Positions 1-13,415 of a stretch of DNA of 64,000 nucleotides are shown piece after piece (within the stretch, counting starts at the first letter, position 1; each line of letters starts with the position of its first letter). Position numbers and translations under genes: made by a program. Below the pieces are notes generated by a model. That model searched no databases and had not been told where the DNA came from. It saw only the letters and a list, made by a program, of their open reading frames with translations. This DNA is from Felis catus (lineage: Eukaryota), in NCBI RefSeq assembly GCF_018350175.1, contig NC_058383.1, positions 27,654,001-27,718,000 on the forward strand, written 5' to 3'.

Positions 1-164
1 GACAGATGGTCCATCCTGTTGATATTTCAATGTCTGAAGTCTAAAATGCTGACAGTCCCAAAAGATTATTCTATCATCTTTTATGAGCTCTAGCAATTTT
101 TTTTTTAGTTTTCTGCTCTGATAAACAAAAGTCTACCTTTCTCTTCTTTATGCTTGTTGATGAT

Positions 165-410
165 AATAAAATAATAACAGCTACGATTTACTGACAACTT
201 ACCACGTGCCTAAGAGCTCTGTTGTATTATCTGAGTTCATCTTCAAAGCAACTCTTGAATGTAAGTATAATTATCCTTTTCTTTTTTTTTTTGAGGAGTT
301 GAAGAAACAGACTCAGAGCAGTAGAAAGCTCTGCCTAGAATCACATGGATAAAAAACAGCACAGCTGGGCTGAGCACCTGGCTCCATCAAAGCCCATGCT
401 CTTGACCACC
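165..410 (-). mobile_element. MIR SINE fossil
   Basis: Reverse-orientation MIR 3' tail (ataataacagctacgatttactga) and core (gaaacagactcagag). Confidence 0.65.
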
Positions 411-984
411 ATGCCAAGAGCAAGGAACAAACAGAGTCCTTTCGTCCGCCTACTGCCCTTCTGATTTCTTAAGAAAGAGTTCGTGTGTTCTTTTTTTCCC
501 CTCCTCCCTTCTCCCTTCCCTCCTGGCTCACCCAACTGTTCATTTTCCAAAAGGACTGGCAATGGAAATACTGTGAGGTCTGCAAACTAAGATACAGAGC
601 AAGGGTGGAAAGGCCAGCCTTCGTTTTGTAGCATCCTAGTGTTTTACTTGAGATGGCAAGTGGAGAAGATCTGGACAGTCCATCTTGTCCCGTCTGGACA
701 AATAACAATGCTTTGGGAGCCCTGGGTTCTTCGGACGCTGGGGAGTAGAAGAGTGCTGTGGCTATATTCAAGCTTCTCATGCTGTGAATCTCAAGGGGAG
801 GTGAGAGGTGAGGCCCCATCCTGTGGTGTGGGTAGCTTGGTAGAGTTGGATGATGAGGGCTCAGATGAGACTGATGTGAAGGAGGCAAAACAGACCTACA
901 CAGGACAGCTGGCAGTAAGAGTGTCCAAACAGGTTTTCAAAACCAGACAGCTGAATTAGTTTTAGAGAGCGAGCACCCCCTCTC

Positions 985-1410
985 CAACACCACACTGGTC
1001 ATCCTGGCTTCCTCTCAGTCCCCTGCACTCAGCCAACTTCCTCCCACTACAGGACTTCGAACATGCTGTCCCCTCACCCAGGCATGCTTTTCCTTCTCTT
1101 TGCTCCAGTAACTTCCATTAGTCCTACAGACTGCAGTTCAAGTAGTCCCTGGATTTTCAGACCAGCTGAAAACTCTACATTTTAAGCTTTCCTAGTATGA
1201 AATGCCTCTCCATTCTATGCTAACCATGTCTGTACATTTACATTTATTTCTGTATTTAATATTTATCTTCATTGTTAGGCATATAAGCTTTGTAAGAATA
1301 GGCCAGATCTGCCTGTTTTCACCATCGTTTGCTCAGGCCCTAGCAAGGGGTCTGGAATAGAGCAATGGCTCAAGACAATTTTTTTTGAATTGGAAGATGA
1401 ATAAATGAAC
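985..1410 (+). mobile_element. L2 LINE 3' end fossil
   Basis: L2-like 3' end: ccctagcaaggggtctggaatagagcaatggctcaa ... gaataaatgaa. Confidence 0.6.
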
Positions 1411-2339
1411 AGGAGTGGGGGGAAAAAGCAAGGTCAATGAGGGTAGTTGCCAGAGAAGCTCAGATGAGCATCAGAGATAGTTAAAATCACCATGCACTTC
1501 TCATGGGGTTGTCACATATGATCATTTTATGCAACTGGCACCTCCTGGCTTTACACAGTGCACAACCCAGACAACTGTAGTTGGTTGTTCTGCCAGGGCT
1601 TCCAAATGGCCCAAAGCTCTTTGCATAGATGTGTCAGATCTATTTAAGAGTCAATGGTGCAACAGATACATTTCATCATTTGCTACCCTTTATAGAAGTT
1701 CTCCAATTACCATATTTGTTCTCACTGGCTTACAAACCCCACTCCCAACACTAAGAAAGCACTGTGATATGAGCAAGGGGCAGCTCCCACAAAAACCAAG
1801 CCGTCTTCATAGATTATGTTGATGAATCCACCTCAGAGATGATCAGCTTTATTTATACCTGCATTCCACCATGCTTCTTGCTTCTGGATCCATCATCCTC
1901 ATAGCTCAAATAAAAAGCCAATTGCCTTCCCTCTGGGAAATTCACATCTCTTAAAAGGCTGATAAATATCTCCAAGTCTTCATCCATATGAGAGACTGTC
2001 AGAGTTTTCCTTCATGGGCTCACTCTATGCCCCATTGACCTTGTTGCTCCCTGATGTATAATGCAGGGAGGAAAGGGGCCTGGCTCTCTCCTTAAGCTCA
2101 GATTCATTAAAAGACTCAAAAATAAAACGCTGAACCAGCTCAGGAAATGAGGACCAGGCTATCTTGATTCCCCTCAACCCCCATCCCTACTATAGGACAC
2201 ACACTAGTGATCTGAGAACCAGGCAACATGCTCCTGTAAGTGGTAGGCCTTATAAGACATGCCTCACTAAATTCATATAATTCATTTGGGAACGCTCTCA
2301 GCTGCAAGTAATAGAATGGCCAATTAACAAATAGGTCCC

Positions 2340-2800
2340 TCCTTTCATATAACAAGAAGGCTGCTGACTTGGTTCAGTGATCACATGGTCTCACGATAAG
2401 CATCTCTGTAGCTCTCTTAGCTTTCCTTTACGGTCTGCTCTGCTCCCAGGCCTCATATCCGCAACATAAGTAACATCAAGCAGGAAACATGCATGTGTGT
2501 GTGTGTGTGTGTGCACGTGCACACGCATGTATAATAGCAGCGGTAGCAATGAGTAAAATGAGCAATGAGTAGCAGTGATGAATAAAAGGACACCTGCCCC
2601 CTTCTACCAAGAAAGCAGAAACTTGCCTGGAAGTTCCGCCCGGCAAACTGTTTTGATCTCCTTGGCCATGTCTGTATCATTTGGCTACTTCTAGCTTCAA
2701 GGCAATCTGGGAAATCAAGAGTTTTAGTTGGGTACACTTCTACCCTGAACAAAATTGGAGTTCTTTTAATAAGGGAGATGAGTAAATCAATGTCAGGTAA
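2340..2800 (-). mobile_element. MaLR LTR fossil (MLT1J/K-like) with internal (TG)n
   Basis: ggctacttctagcttcaaggcaatctgggaaa ... ccctgaacaaaattggagttct resembles an MLT1 LTR in reverse. Confidence 0.5.
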
Positions 2801-5004
2801 TTATCTTTTTGAATTGCCAGCGTAAAGGAGCTTCATTATCCTGAATTACAGTACTCTCCAAGCATCTCAGCACTTGACAAGGACTTCTTCCTATCAAGGA
2901 AAACCCCCATGGCCTCCTTGGGAAGTTTTCAAGTAACAACAATGGGGGAGGATAGCTGAGATATATATGGATTGTTAATCAAGGTTTTTACTCTCTGATT
3001 TTTCTACAGAAATGGATATACAATGTACTTTTCTTGGTAACTGAAATCTGATTTGTGCACCTGATGGTTTAAATAAATAATTCTGCCTTAGGACATATCC
3101 ATCACCCAGCATGTAAATGGAGATCAGCCCAGTCCTGGTGGAATTAGGGAGGGAGAAACCACCACATCTCAAGGAAACCCTCACATGTGTGTTGATTCTG
3201 ATTCAGCATCTGCCTTTCAGGGTTTGTCCACCTGAGCTCTTGTAACAAGTCTGCTAGAAATCCTTCATCTCAGAGATTCATCCCATGTTGAGCCACATCT
3301 CTGGCTAAAGCAAACACGAGTGTGGAAGAGAATTTAAAGATCAGCTTGGCATTCAACCAGCTGGGATTGGAACCTGGGTCTTGCTGCTTGCTTGCAAGTT
3401 CAATAATGTAATGTTCATAAAATATCCAGCATGGCCCCTGGTACACAGATGTTCAGGAAATGTTACTCTTATTAACATCCCTTTAACAAAGCAGAATTGA
3501 AAGAGATTAAGGCACTAAATGCTAATTTTCATCAAAATCTGGCAGAATCAAAACTCCAGTTTCAGAGAAGAGAATTTGGCCTTTGGAGTCCTCTAGAAAT
3601 CAAGTTCTGGTCCCTTCTCCTCCATGTGGTGACTATCACTCTTTGAGTTTCCATTTTCTCATCTATAAAAAAAGCAGGGGGATAATGCCTACCTTACTTA
3701 GTTGATTATTCACTCAATTAACACACATGTGTGCCTGCTATGTGGTAGGCACTGGGGATACAAATATTAATGAGATAGAGTTCCTTTCCTTGGGAATTCA
3801 AAGTCCAGTGCATGAATGTGCAGAATAAGATTAATTGCTTACATCCACTAAATATCTACGAGATGCCGGATATTTTAACCACATTATCTGAATATTCATA
3901 ACTTCCCTACAAGATATAGAATATCATCCCTACAGTACAGTTGGGGAAACAGAGTTCAGGGAATTTAAGGAAATCGCCCAAGAACACACAGTAAAGGGCC
4001 CTATGAAGATCCGCACGCGGGTGTGTGGTGATGCAGCACTGGGCACAACACTGAGCACAAGGCAAATGCAGGCTAGTTAACCGCATTCCAGGAAACTGCA
4101 TTACCACTGAGATCCCATATGCAACGCCAGCCTCATGCATAGGGGAAGAGCCGCACATGACCATGGCGACTGCAGTCACCTCCACCTCCCATACAGACAC
4201 AGATGAACGTGGGTTTGCTTTCATCAGTCTTGCAGATGAGTTGCAAAAATGATTATGTCGCAGAGGCAGCCCTTATAAGACAGCAGGACAAATATAAATA
4301 GCCTGTGAGACCAGCAGCCTGGCATAAATTACAAGGGGCCCTTGGAGAGCACAGCTGTATCTACAGCATACGATTGCACAGATACACACAGAGAACCTGC
4401 CAAGAATGTATGATGACTATTCTTAAAGTTCCCTAAGTAGGTACACTAGGAAAACGGGTCTATACCCTGCCAAGAGAATGGATGGCAGTAATGATAACAA
4501 TTACATTTATTGAGCAATTAATCGATGTTGGGTATGTTGTTAAGCAATTGACATGCACAGTCTCCTTTTCCCATCAACAGTTCCTGGAGTTGGGTACTGT
4601 AACTACCCAAATTTTAGGGTTGTGGAGCTAGCATTTCTGAGCTAGCAGTGGCAGAGTTCAAAATAAGGTACGTATGAGCCCCACACTCTTAATTACAAAC
4701 CTGACCCCCACCCACACCTCTATGAGTGGAGAGACAGACAACCATTAATACTCTGCACAGTGATCGCCTTCCCCGTCCCCATCTGTGTCCCATCCACCCA
4801 CGTCCATCTTCTCCCAGATCCAATGCTCCATCTCCAACCCCAAAGGCCATATCCCCACAGAGAATGATTTTCCTGCAATGTAACCCTTAGTCGTGTGCTC
4901 CTAAAACATGTTCAGAGTGCACCCAGGCCCTTTCACATCACTCTGTCTTTGCAATTCTTCCCTTCTAGGGGGTTGAATCCAAAAAATCCTTGGTTCATAC
5001 CTCG

Positions 5005-5180
5005 GCTTCTCTCCTCCCTGCTGTGTAAAACTGAACCTCTCTGAGCCTGTATCTTCACCTGTAAAATGGGGTATTAATATCCATCTCCTAGGAGTTCTCA
5101 TAAGGAATAAATTAAGTGAAAAATTTTAGCACGAAAATTTGAAAGACATGAAGATGCCTAACACACTAGAGGCAAAATCA
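5005..5180 (+). mobile_element. MIR SINE fossil
   Basis: MIR core aacctctctgagcctgtatcttcacctgtaaaatgggg. Confidence 0.7.
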
Positions 5181-5855
5181 TTGTTATTCTCCTTCTCAGG
5201 AGAACACATACTCATCCTTGAAAACCCAGATCAAAGTCTCCTCATTTTGTCACAGGTGGATTTTGTCACTCCATCCTCTGTGTTCTGGGAATTTTGTATC
5301 TCTCTCTAATTAGCGCTTTACACATTGTTGGTTTTTTTTTTCTTTTTTAAATCTGTTTACCAGACTATCTTTTCTATTAAAAGGTGAGCTCCTCCAAGGA
5401 AAAGGCTTTGTCTTGTTTCTGTGTGTATCCAGAGGGCCTAATGCCGTCCCACCACAGTGCAGGGTAATCCATTATTCGCCAATTGACTGCATTAAGCTGC
5501 ATTAACACTCACTCGTCCACACAACCACCTGGAGGGGGCATGTCTTGGAAAGCAGACTCGCTGTTCTTTCTCTTTTGTTTTGTGCATTGTCTCACACCCA
5601 GCCTATGAGCATCTGTCCAAATCTAAAAGAAAGCGAGGATGACTGAAAACACAGCTTCCTTCCTTTGAGCCCCTATCCTGTGATATGCACTTGCTACTTT
5701 ACACATGCCTTCTCTAATTCTCGTGGTGCTCCTGTAAAGTTTTTGAGGCTGGATTAAGAGAAAGATGTGTTAAATTCTGTTTGTAATATAACTCTCCTGC
5801 CTGTTAAGGGGGAACAAATCTTGCTCTAGCTCGGGAAATCCCGTTTATTAGTAAG

Positions 5856-6380
5856 TGTGATGGTCGATTTTATGTGTCAGCTTGACTGGAGTGGGGGCAG
5901 ACATCTGGCCAAACATTCGGGTGTCCCTGAGGGTGTTTGGGGATGAGATTAACATTTGAACAGATAGGCTGAGTAAAGCAGGTGACCCTCCCTAATGTGG
6001 ATGACCCTCATCTAATCAGTGGAAGGCCTGAATAGAAGAAAGAGGTTGGCCCTGACTGGAGCTGGGACATGGGCCTTGTCTGAACTTGAACTGAAACCAG
6101 ACTGGAATTTGTGCTTTTGGCTCTCCTGGGTCTCCAACTTGCTAACTACAGATCTTGGGACTTAGTAGTCTCCATAACTGTATAAGCTGATTCCTTATAA
6201 GTGCCTCCCCCTCTCTCTCTAGATACAGACATAGATTAGATATAGATATAGATATAGACATAGATGATACAGATATATAGATATAGGTATAGATATGTAG
6301 ATACAGATATGATATAGACAGATATATGGATGTGTGTGTGTCTCTCTCTCTATATATAATGTCTATCCTATTGTTTCTGT
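5856..6380 (+). mobile_element. ERVL solo LTR (MLT2-family) with internal (ATAG/AT)n expansion
   Basis: Starts tgtgatggtcgattttatgtgtcagcttgactgg; contains gatgagattaacatttgaa, ccctccctaatgtgg and cagatcttgggactt, all MLT2 hallmarks. Confidence 0.85.
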
Positions 6381-8570
6381 AAAGAATGTTAATCCAGGCA
6401 GAATCCAAATGATCGTACATAGGGAAGAAAAGTAAAGAAAAAAGGCTTATTTGATACATATAAAAATAATTTTTAAAATACTAAAGTAGATAGGGAAGTG
6501 GAAAAAGCAGAAGAGCTTCCTAACTTACATATCAAGAAACATTGGGGGCAGTACAGAGAAAAGGAATCATTCCTAAGGTTGAGACACTGAGACAGAGAAA
6601 TAGAGAAGTTTTATGAAATAGATAGGAAATTGGAACTTATTCCCTTCTTTGTCATTTTCTAAGACTTTGGATAAGGTTTTGATTTGTTTTCAACTCTGTT
6701 TCTGATAAAAATGAGACATTAGGCAAGACAGGGCCACATAGGATCCTGGCTGTATGTGGGTCACAATGTGTATTCATATTCTCATGTATAAGCATTTAGG
6801 GTGGGTTATGGGTTTGTGAGAATCTCTCTCGCTTTCTCTTTCTCTGTATATCTATGTATATTTATCCCTCTTTCCTTCTCTTCCTCTTTCTCTCCCGCCT
6901 TTCTGCCTGATGTAACTGATGTATTGAGCTAAAGACACAGAAACCTACTGGAATCAAAGTGGTCACAAAGAACAGGAGCCATTACAACATGTCTCAGTTT
7001 AGTCTCCCTTGGGCTCCAGGGTCTCTAAAAGGTACACATTCACATGCACCCAATTTGGAAAGTCCCCCTCTTAACTACAATCCTTAACTGTTCATAAGGC
7101 ACACATCAGAACTGCAAAATAAATTTCACTAACTATAAACTATATTCTTCCATTTAAGGACACTTTTGTAAAAAAAGAAAAAAAAAGCTTTCAAACCCAA
7201 ATTCAATATCATCAGAGATAATGACGGGAAATAGTAGACAATTCTTCAGTCACCCTGGAAAAAAAAATCTCTACCCCAGCATTCCAAAACACTTGTTTCT
7301 CTGCCACCAAAGCTTGTAAAGATATATTAAACATCATTGAGATGGCTCAAGTTATAGATAGCAAAGATAAATTTGAATCTGGGTCTACCCAACCCTAAAG
7401 TTCATGGTCTTAAACTCTCATCTCCACACAGCCAGCGCTCAATAATAAATTAGGCCATGTGACTCCTAGGCCATGTGACAGTCCCACAAGTCAGTGCAGC
7501 TCTGAGAAGCGACCTGAACAGTAACTGCTTTTCCTCCAAGGATCTGAAATGGAGCAGCCCATGCACCTGGATGACCAAAGCCTCCAGATCAGGGCCCATC
7601 AGATATGGAACCAACTCAAGCCAGCTCTGAGGTCAAATAATTCTTCAGAAAAATGCCCAGTTGGCACACAGGAGCCATGATATAACCTATCGAAATTTAT
7701 TATTAAAAAAAAAAAAAACAGGTAATTCAGTCTGCTTGGGGGCTTCAGGTCAGAGACTTTAAGTTTAAATTTTACTTTATTTTGCTCTGAATAGAAACAG
7801 GCAATTAAAGATGTCCAGAGAAATTTGCTTTGGAGGTAAAAAGGTGCTAAGACTATATTGGAATGTTCTAAAGCACTCCAAATGTCAAACAGTAATGGTC
7901 ATAAAAAGGTAAAGTTGAATGTTAACCATAAATTGCTACAATTCAAATGCCATAAAACATGATAGCCTCTTTTGGAATTTTAATATTGGTGGAGGGTTAG
8001 AAATGCACAGAGCCCTTGAGATGTTCTCCCACACCCTCATCTCCAAATCCCCACAACTGGCAAAATGGAGGCCAACTCCAGAACTTGAAGCCAAATTTCT
8101 TGACCCTCGGGCCAGCGAACTCATTCATTAAGTTTCGAATGTAGGAACGGAAGATTTATGACGGAAGACTTAATTTTTACCCTTATGTCAAGTTTCACTG
8201 ACACCATTAAATATTTCAGAAACAATCACCAGAAAAATTCCCAGCACACTCCACAAGGCGAAAGAGTTTGGGGGGGGGGGGGAGGTCACAGCTAGTGTCT
8301 AGGGATAGTGTCTAAGTCAGAATATGTTCCTAGAATATGAGCCCTGCTTAATTAAATGCATTCAGGTAAATTATATAATATATTCCCCTTCTTGGAGATT
8401 CTCCGCTCTCTCTAGCTTATTAAAAGTTCTGAGAAGTTCAACAGTATAGAACACACTGAGCACTCTCTGTCATCCAGTCCAGTGATCTAGGAGTACTTGG
8501 CACACTAATCCTGTCAAAGTAACTCCTGAACACCTCTGAATTCCTAAGCTTATGTTCATACTTCTCTTTT

Positions 8571-8767
8571 CTTTAATGTTTATGCATTTTAGAGAGACAG
8601 AGAGCAAGCAGGGGAGGGGCGGAGAGAGGGAGACACAGAATGTGAAGCAGGCTCCAGGCTCTGAGCTGTCAGCACAGAGCCTGATGCAGGGCTCAAACTC
8701 ATGTACCGTGAGATTATGACCTGAGCCAAAGTTGGATGCTTTACCAACTGAGCCACCCAGGTGCCCC
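8571..8767 (-). mobile_element. Can-SINE (feline SINEC_Fc-like)
   Basis: Reverse complement of ggggcacctgggtggctcag... with (CT)n and A tail; near-TSD atactt(c/t)tcttt on both sides. Confidence 0.95.
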
Positions 8768-9087
8768 ATACTTTTCTTTTTTGAAAAAAAATGGGATTCT
8801 TTGGAAACTGGGATGTGGCACTATTCCCTCCACCACAGATAACAGGATATTTCTGAAGCCCGCGGAGTAAGCTTACCACAGAAATCTTGCAAGAGAAGTG
8901 GTGGTGCAACACTGCATGTGAAGTTAGGGAGAGCACGGTGTTCTCAAGAGTTCCAGCTCCTCTTGTGGAGCCAGGAGCGCAGAACCAGTGGTGGCGGGTG
9001 GGAGTATTAAGAAAGAGCAAATATTGGAAGTGAAGGAGTAAAGGAATCTCTGGACATCTGCTTAACATTCAGAATGATTGGCGAGGT

Positions 9088-9271
9088 TGCTGGTTCTCCA
9101 ACCTGAGAGTGCATCGGAATCGTGCAGACCTTGTTAAAACCTAGTGCTGGGCCCCAGTCCCAGAGCTTCTGATTCAGAAGGTCTGGGTGGGGCCCGAGAA
9201 ACTTCATGCCTAACAAGACACCAGGTGGTGCTGATGCTGCTGGTCCAGGAGCCAAGCTCTAAGAAGCAGTG
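9088..9271 (-). mobile_element. MER5A hAT-Charlie non-autonomous DNA transposon
   Basis: gggccccagtcccagagcttctgattcagaaggtctgggtggggcccgagaa ... gctgatgctgctggtcc. Confidence 0.85.
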
Positions 9272-9379
9272 GCCTAAGCACTGGCTTACCAAGAATGTCT
9301 GGCACGAATATTCAAGACCCAGGGGCCTGTGAGCTTCTTCTCAGCAGAAAATCCTTCCCATATGGCATCTCTGTTGTTG

Positions 9380-10095
9380 TCCTGACAGTTGTTTGGTCCC
9401 ACCTAGCATCCATGGTCACATCCTTTGGCCACATCATCTCAACCTTCCTTTAGCAAACTACTCCTCCCATGTTGTCTTGAGAACGTCAGTGAAGGTATCT
9501 CCACTTTCCCCTAGGCACATAGTGGATTCCATACCCAAGCAATAGAGAGGCCTCTAATGTACTACTAACAAAGCCGGGTGGCAGGTAAACCTGGGGGAGC
9601 GGGGGAAATTTCACCATTTGTTGCTGGAAGATGAATATCAAAAAAAGGTACCATAATGTGATCACTTTCCATGCATCTCAAGGTCCTGCTTCTTTTATCT
9701 AGTTGATTTCAACACAGTCTCATCACTGCTCTCCACACACAACCTAAATTTTTACAAAATGCATAAGAATGAGCCTACTTACTCGACCCAGTTACCCCTC
9801 CAATCTAAGCCAATCAGATTCTTGCTCCTGAGAATTTAAACACAAATTCCAAAACCATTTCCTAACAGAAAGACGGGAAAGCTGGTGGGAAGCCCAACAC
9901 TGAAGCCCTGAAAAGTGAACCCATTTAATTCCTGCTAGTGAGATCCTGGAGCTCTCCCAGGGACAAGCTTCCTGGAGCCTGCATATCCATCCATCTTTCC
10001 TTTAACTTCTTGATGTCCCCTCAATTCTCTTTACTAAATTCCTTTTTTGCCTAAGTAAGCTAGTCTGCTTCTAGGTCTTAAAACCTGACATGACA
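9380..10095 (+). mobile_element. Old ERVL/MaLR-type LTR fragments
   Basis: taagccaatcaga and taaattcctttttgcctaagtaagctag resemble LTR33/MLT1-type LTRs; highly diverged. Confidence 0.35.
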
Positions 10096-10219
10096 TTCTT
10101 CCAAAATAAGAAATCTAGAACTCTATATTAAATCAGATTTAAAAAACAAACAAACAAACAAAAAACAGAATGTCTCTGGATAGAGGGGAGTTGGGATCTA
10201 AGACCCAGGCCATTTGGCA

Positions 10220-10326
<107 letters not shown>

Positions 10327-12628
10327 GCCCCAGGAACAGCCTCAAAGAATTTCTGAAGAATCACAGGGTTTGTCAGACACAATTTAAGAACATGTACGGT
10401 AACATCTGCTTGTGTTTGGGGCTCACTTTGGCAACCAGCAAGAGATAAGGGCCAGGTGGATCTTGTCATCTTAAAGGCCAGGAGATAAAAATATTGCCCG
10501 CCTCTCTAAGGGTTTTAAGTGTAAATTCCTATTTTAGATCATCCCTCACAGAACCCCCCAAAAGGTCTAGTATGTTCATGTATAACACTATCTTCCTGGC
10601 CCACCAGGTTGCATTTCTCATTTTGTCAGCAGAGATGGAATCGGATCTTTGGCTCCACGATTATAACGTGCATCCAAGGTTTTGCTTCCTCCCAAAATAT
10701 ACAATAGGAAATAACGGCAGCAAGTGAGCCAACACATGTTAATTTCAGCATAAATTGTTAAAGAGCAGACATCAGCATTGATGCAGCCGCAGAGAAGGCC
10801 CACACAACAGAACCACCAGAATGCTCTATAGCATATCTCCAAATAGAAGTTGCTTCACAAAGGTTTAAAAGAAGGAAAGAAATGCACACAAATAAGCTTT
10901 GTCTTAAGAAAAAAAGTTTTTCCATCCTACAACTTCCTCTGCAGGACAGCTCAACTGAAGCAGTCACTTTCTTTAGGAAACAAGGCCCCTTTACCAAATT
11001 TAGGACAAATTTGCCTCTAGAGAAGCACGTTTTACTTTGGAACACAGGGACTCCAGGCAATTTGAATCTCACAAGTTGAGGGCTGGACCATTCTAGCCAG
11101 GAGACTGAAGGTTCAGACTTTTTATATACTAGACAAATCCGTTCTCAGGTATTAATTCGAATGGGGCAGTCCACTCAAAGGATGAGGGTCTTAGACCTTC
11201 TGATTACTAAACCAGCCCAAACAGGCAGTTGGGGTATAGACCCTCTGAAGGTTAGCCAATTTGGCAAGGAAAGAACGACTCCAAAATCCCTACAAGTCCA
11301 TCTAGGGGACAGAATCTCAGAACCAGGGGACCAAATCCATCTATTTAGGTGATGAGCCATTCAAAAGAGAAAGGGCCAGGTAATCCTGTGAAGGGAACTC
11401 AGATACTTTGAGGCTCAGTCTACCGTTACAAGAAACAGGGGCTCTATAACCTGGAGAATTTCACCCAGGTCATAGAGATAAATGTTTTCTGCAGAAAAAT
11501 TCCCAGCTTGGTACACTAATCTATAAAGGGGCGTTAAGGCCAAAAGGAGTTCTCAATCTACCTCATGCATATTTCCTAGATAAGCATGAGAACAAACCAT
11601 TTTTCACCCAGGCTGGAGACAAAAACAAACAAACAAACAAAAACAAAGAACAAAAAAACAAAAAACAAAGACAAAGCAAAAAGCAGAAAATAGCCCTTCT
11701 GTAATATTGAGAAAAGAGTAGAAATATGAGTCTCCAGGAAATGGGACATGTGGAAAAGGAGTCACTGATCCACAAATTTTGTCAACACATTACCACCCTT
11801 TCTTCTAGTCTTACGTTGCATTTAATGCTCAAATAATCACTGAATATGTATCCTGAGATGCCCTCACATTGTCTTATAAACTGCCATTTTGCACAGACTT
11901 GGTTTCTGTTACTGGCAGCCAAAAAACACTGTAACAGACACAATTTCAAGGTGCTGAAAACACAAGCTCTTCAATGTCTTCTCCTCTTTCCCATTGCCGC
12001 AGAGTGCCTGCAAATGCACGCTGCTCCGTCTGAAGAAATAAAAGTTATCCCACTACGTTTTTGCATCCAGACATCTGCACGGCATCTCAGAGTTCACAAG
12101 CATTCGTATAGCTTCATGAATTGGGGGCCCTTATAAGGTTAAAAAGAAGGAGAATTGTTGGTGTAGTTGTCCCAGTTTTATAGGTAAGAAACAAAAGGTC
12201 TGAGAGAGTCCTCAGTTTGTCCCGAGATCTCATAGCTCACATGTGGTAGGCACAGCCTCATTTAGAACCAGGCGTGTCTGAGTCAGCTCCTACAGTCCAA
12301 GTCTTACCATCCACCTTTAGAACCTTTTCCTTTAGTGCCCTCCCACGCTGATCTCCCCACCCCCATACACTATGTATCTGGGGATCCAAAGAACTAGATT
12401 CTGGCCCCAGCCCTGCCATGGAACTGCTGTGTGATCTTGAACAAGTTACTTAACTACTCTGAATCAGATTCTGCATCCATATAAAAGCCCCACAAAACAA
12501 ATGTTGGTACAGCTTAAATGAAATTCTGTGCAAGAATGTGTACTGCACAACAAAGTCATTCAAAAATGAAGATCCTGAGGTCACTCATCAATTACCATCC
12601 TTCCATTGGGCCAGGTGGACTGTCTTTT

Positions 12629-13415
12629 TTTTTCTTTTTAACTTTATTTTTTATTTTTTAAAATTTACATCCAAATTAGTTAGTATATAGTGAAGCAATG
12701 ATTTCAGTAGATTCCTTAGTGCCCCTTACCCATTTAGCCCATCCCCCCTCCCACAACCCCTCCGGCAACCCTCAGTTTGTTCTCCATATTTATAAGTCTC
12801 TTTTGTTTTGTTCCCCTCCCTGTTTTTATATTATTTTTGTTTCCCTTCCCTTATGTTCTTCTGTTTTGTCTCTTAAAGTCCTCATAGGAGTGAAGTCATA
12901 AGATTTTCGCCTTTCTCTGACTGACGAATTTCACTCAGCATAATACCCTCCAGTTCCATCCACGTAGTTGCAAATGGCAAGATTTCATTCTTTTTTATTG
13001 CTGAGTAATACTCCATTGTATATATATACCACATCTTCTTCATCCATTCATCCATCGATGGACATGTGGGCTTTTTCCATTTGGCTATTGTTGATAGTGC
13101 TGCTATAAACATGGGGATGCATGTGTCCCTTCGAAATAGCACACCTGTATCCCTTGGATAAACGCCTAGTAGTGCCATTGCTGGGTCATAGGGCAGTTCT
13201 ATTTTCAGTTTTTTGAGGAACTTCCATACTGTTTTCCAGAGTGGCTGCATCAGCTTGCATTCCCACCAACAATGCAAAAGAGATCGTCTTTTTCCGCATC
13301 CTCGCCAACATCTGTTGTTGCCTGAGTTGTTAGTGTTAGCCATTCTGACAGGTGTAAGGTGGTATCTCATTGCGGGTTTTGATTTGTATTTCCCTGATGA
13401 TGAGTGATGTTGAGC
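12629..13415 (-). mobile_element. 5'-truncated carnivore L1 (ORF2 C-terminus, 3' UTR, poly-A)
   Basis: ORF 12882-13370 contains the L1 Cys-rich motif CWRGCG...HCWWEC; perfect 13-bp TSD TGGACTGTCTTTT at 12616-12628 and 13416-13428. Confidence 0.97.
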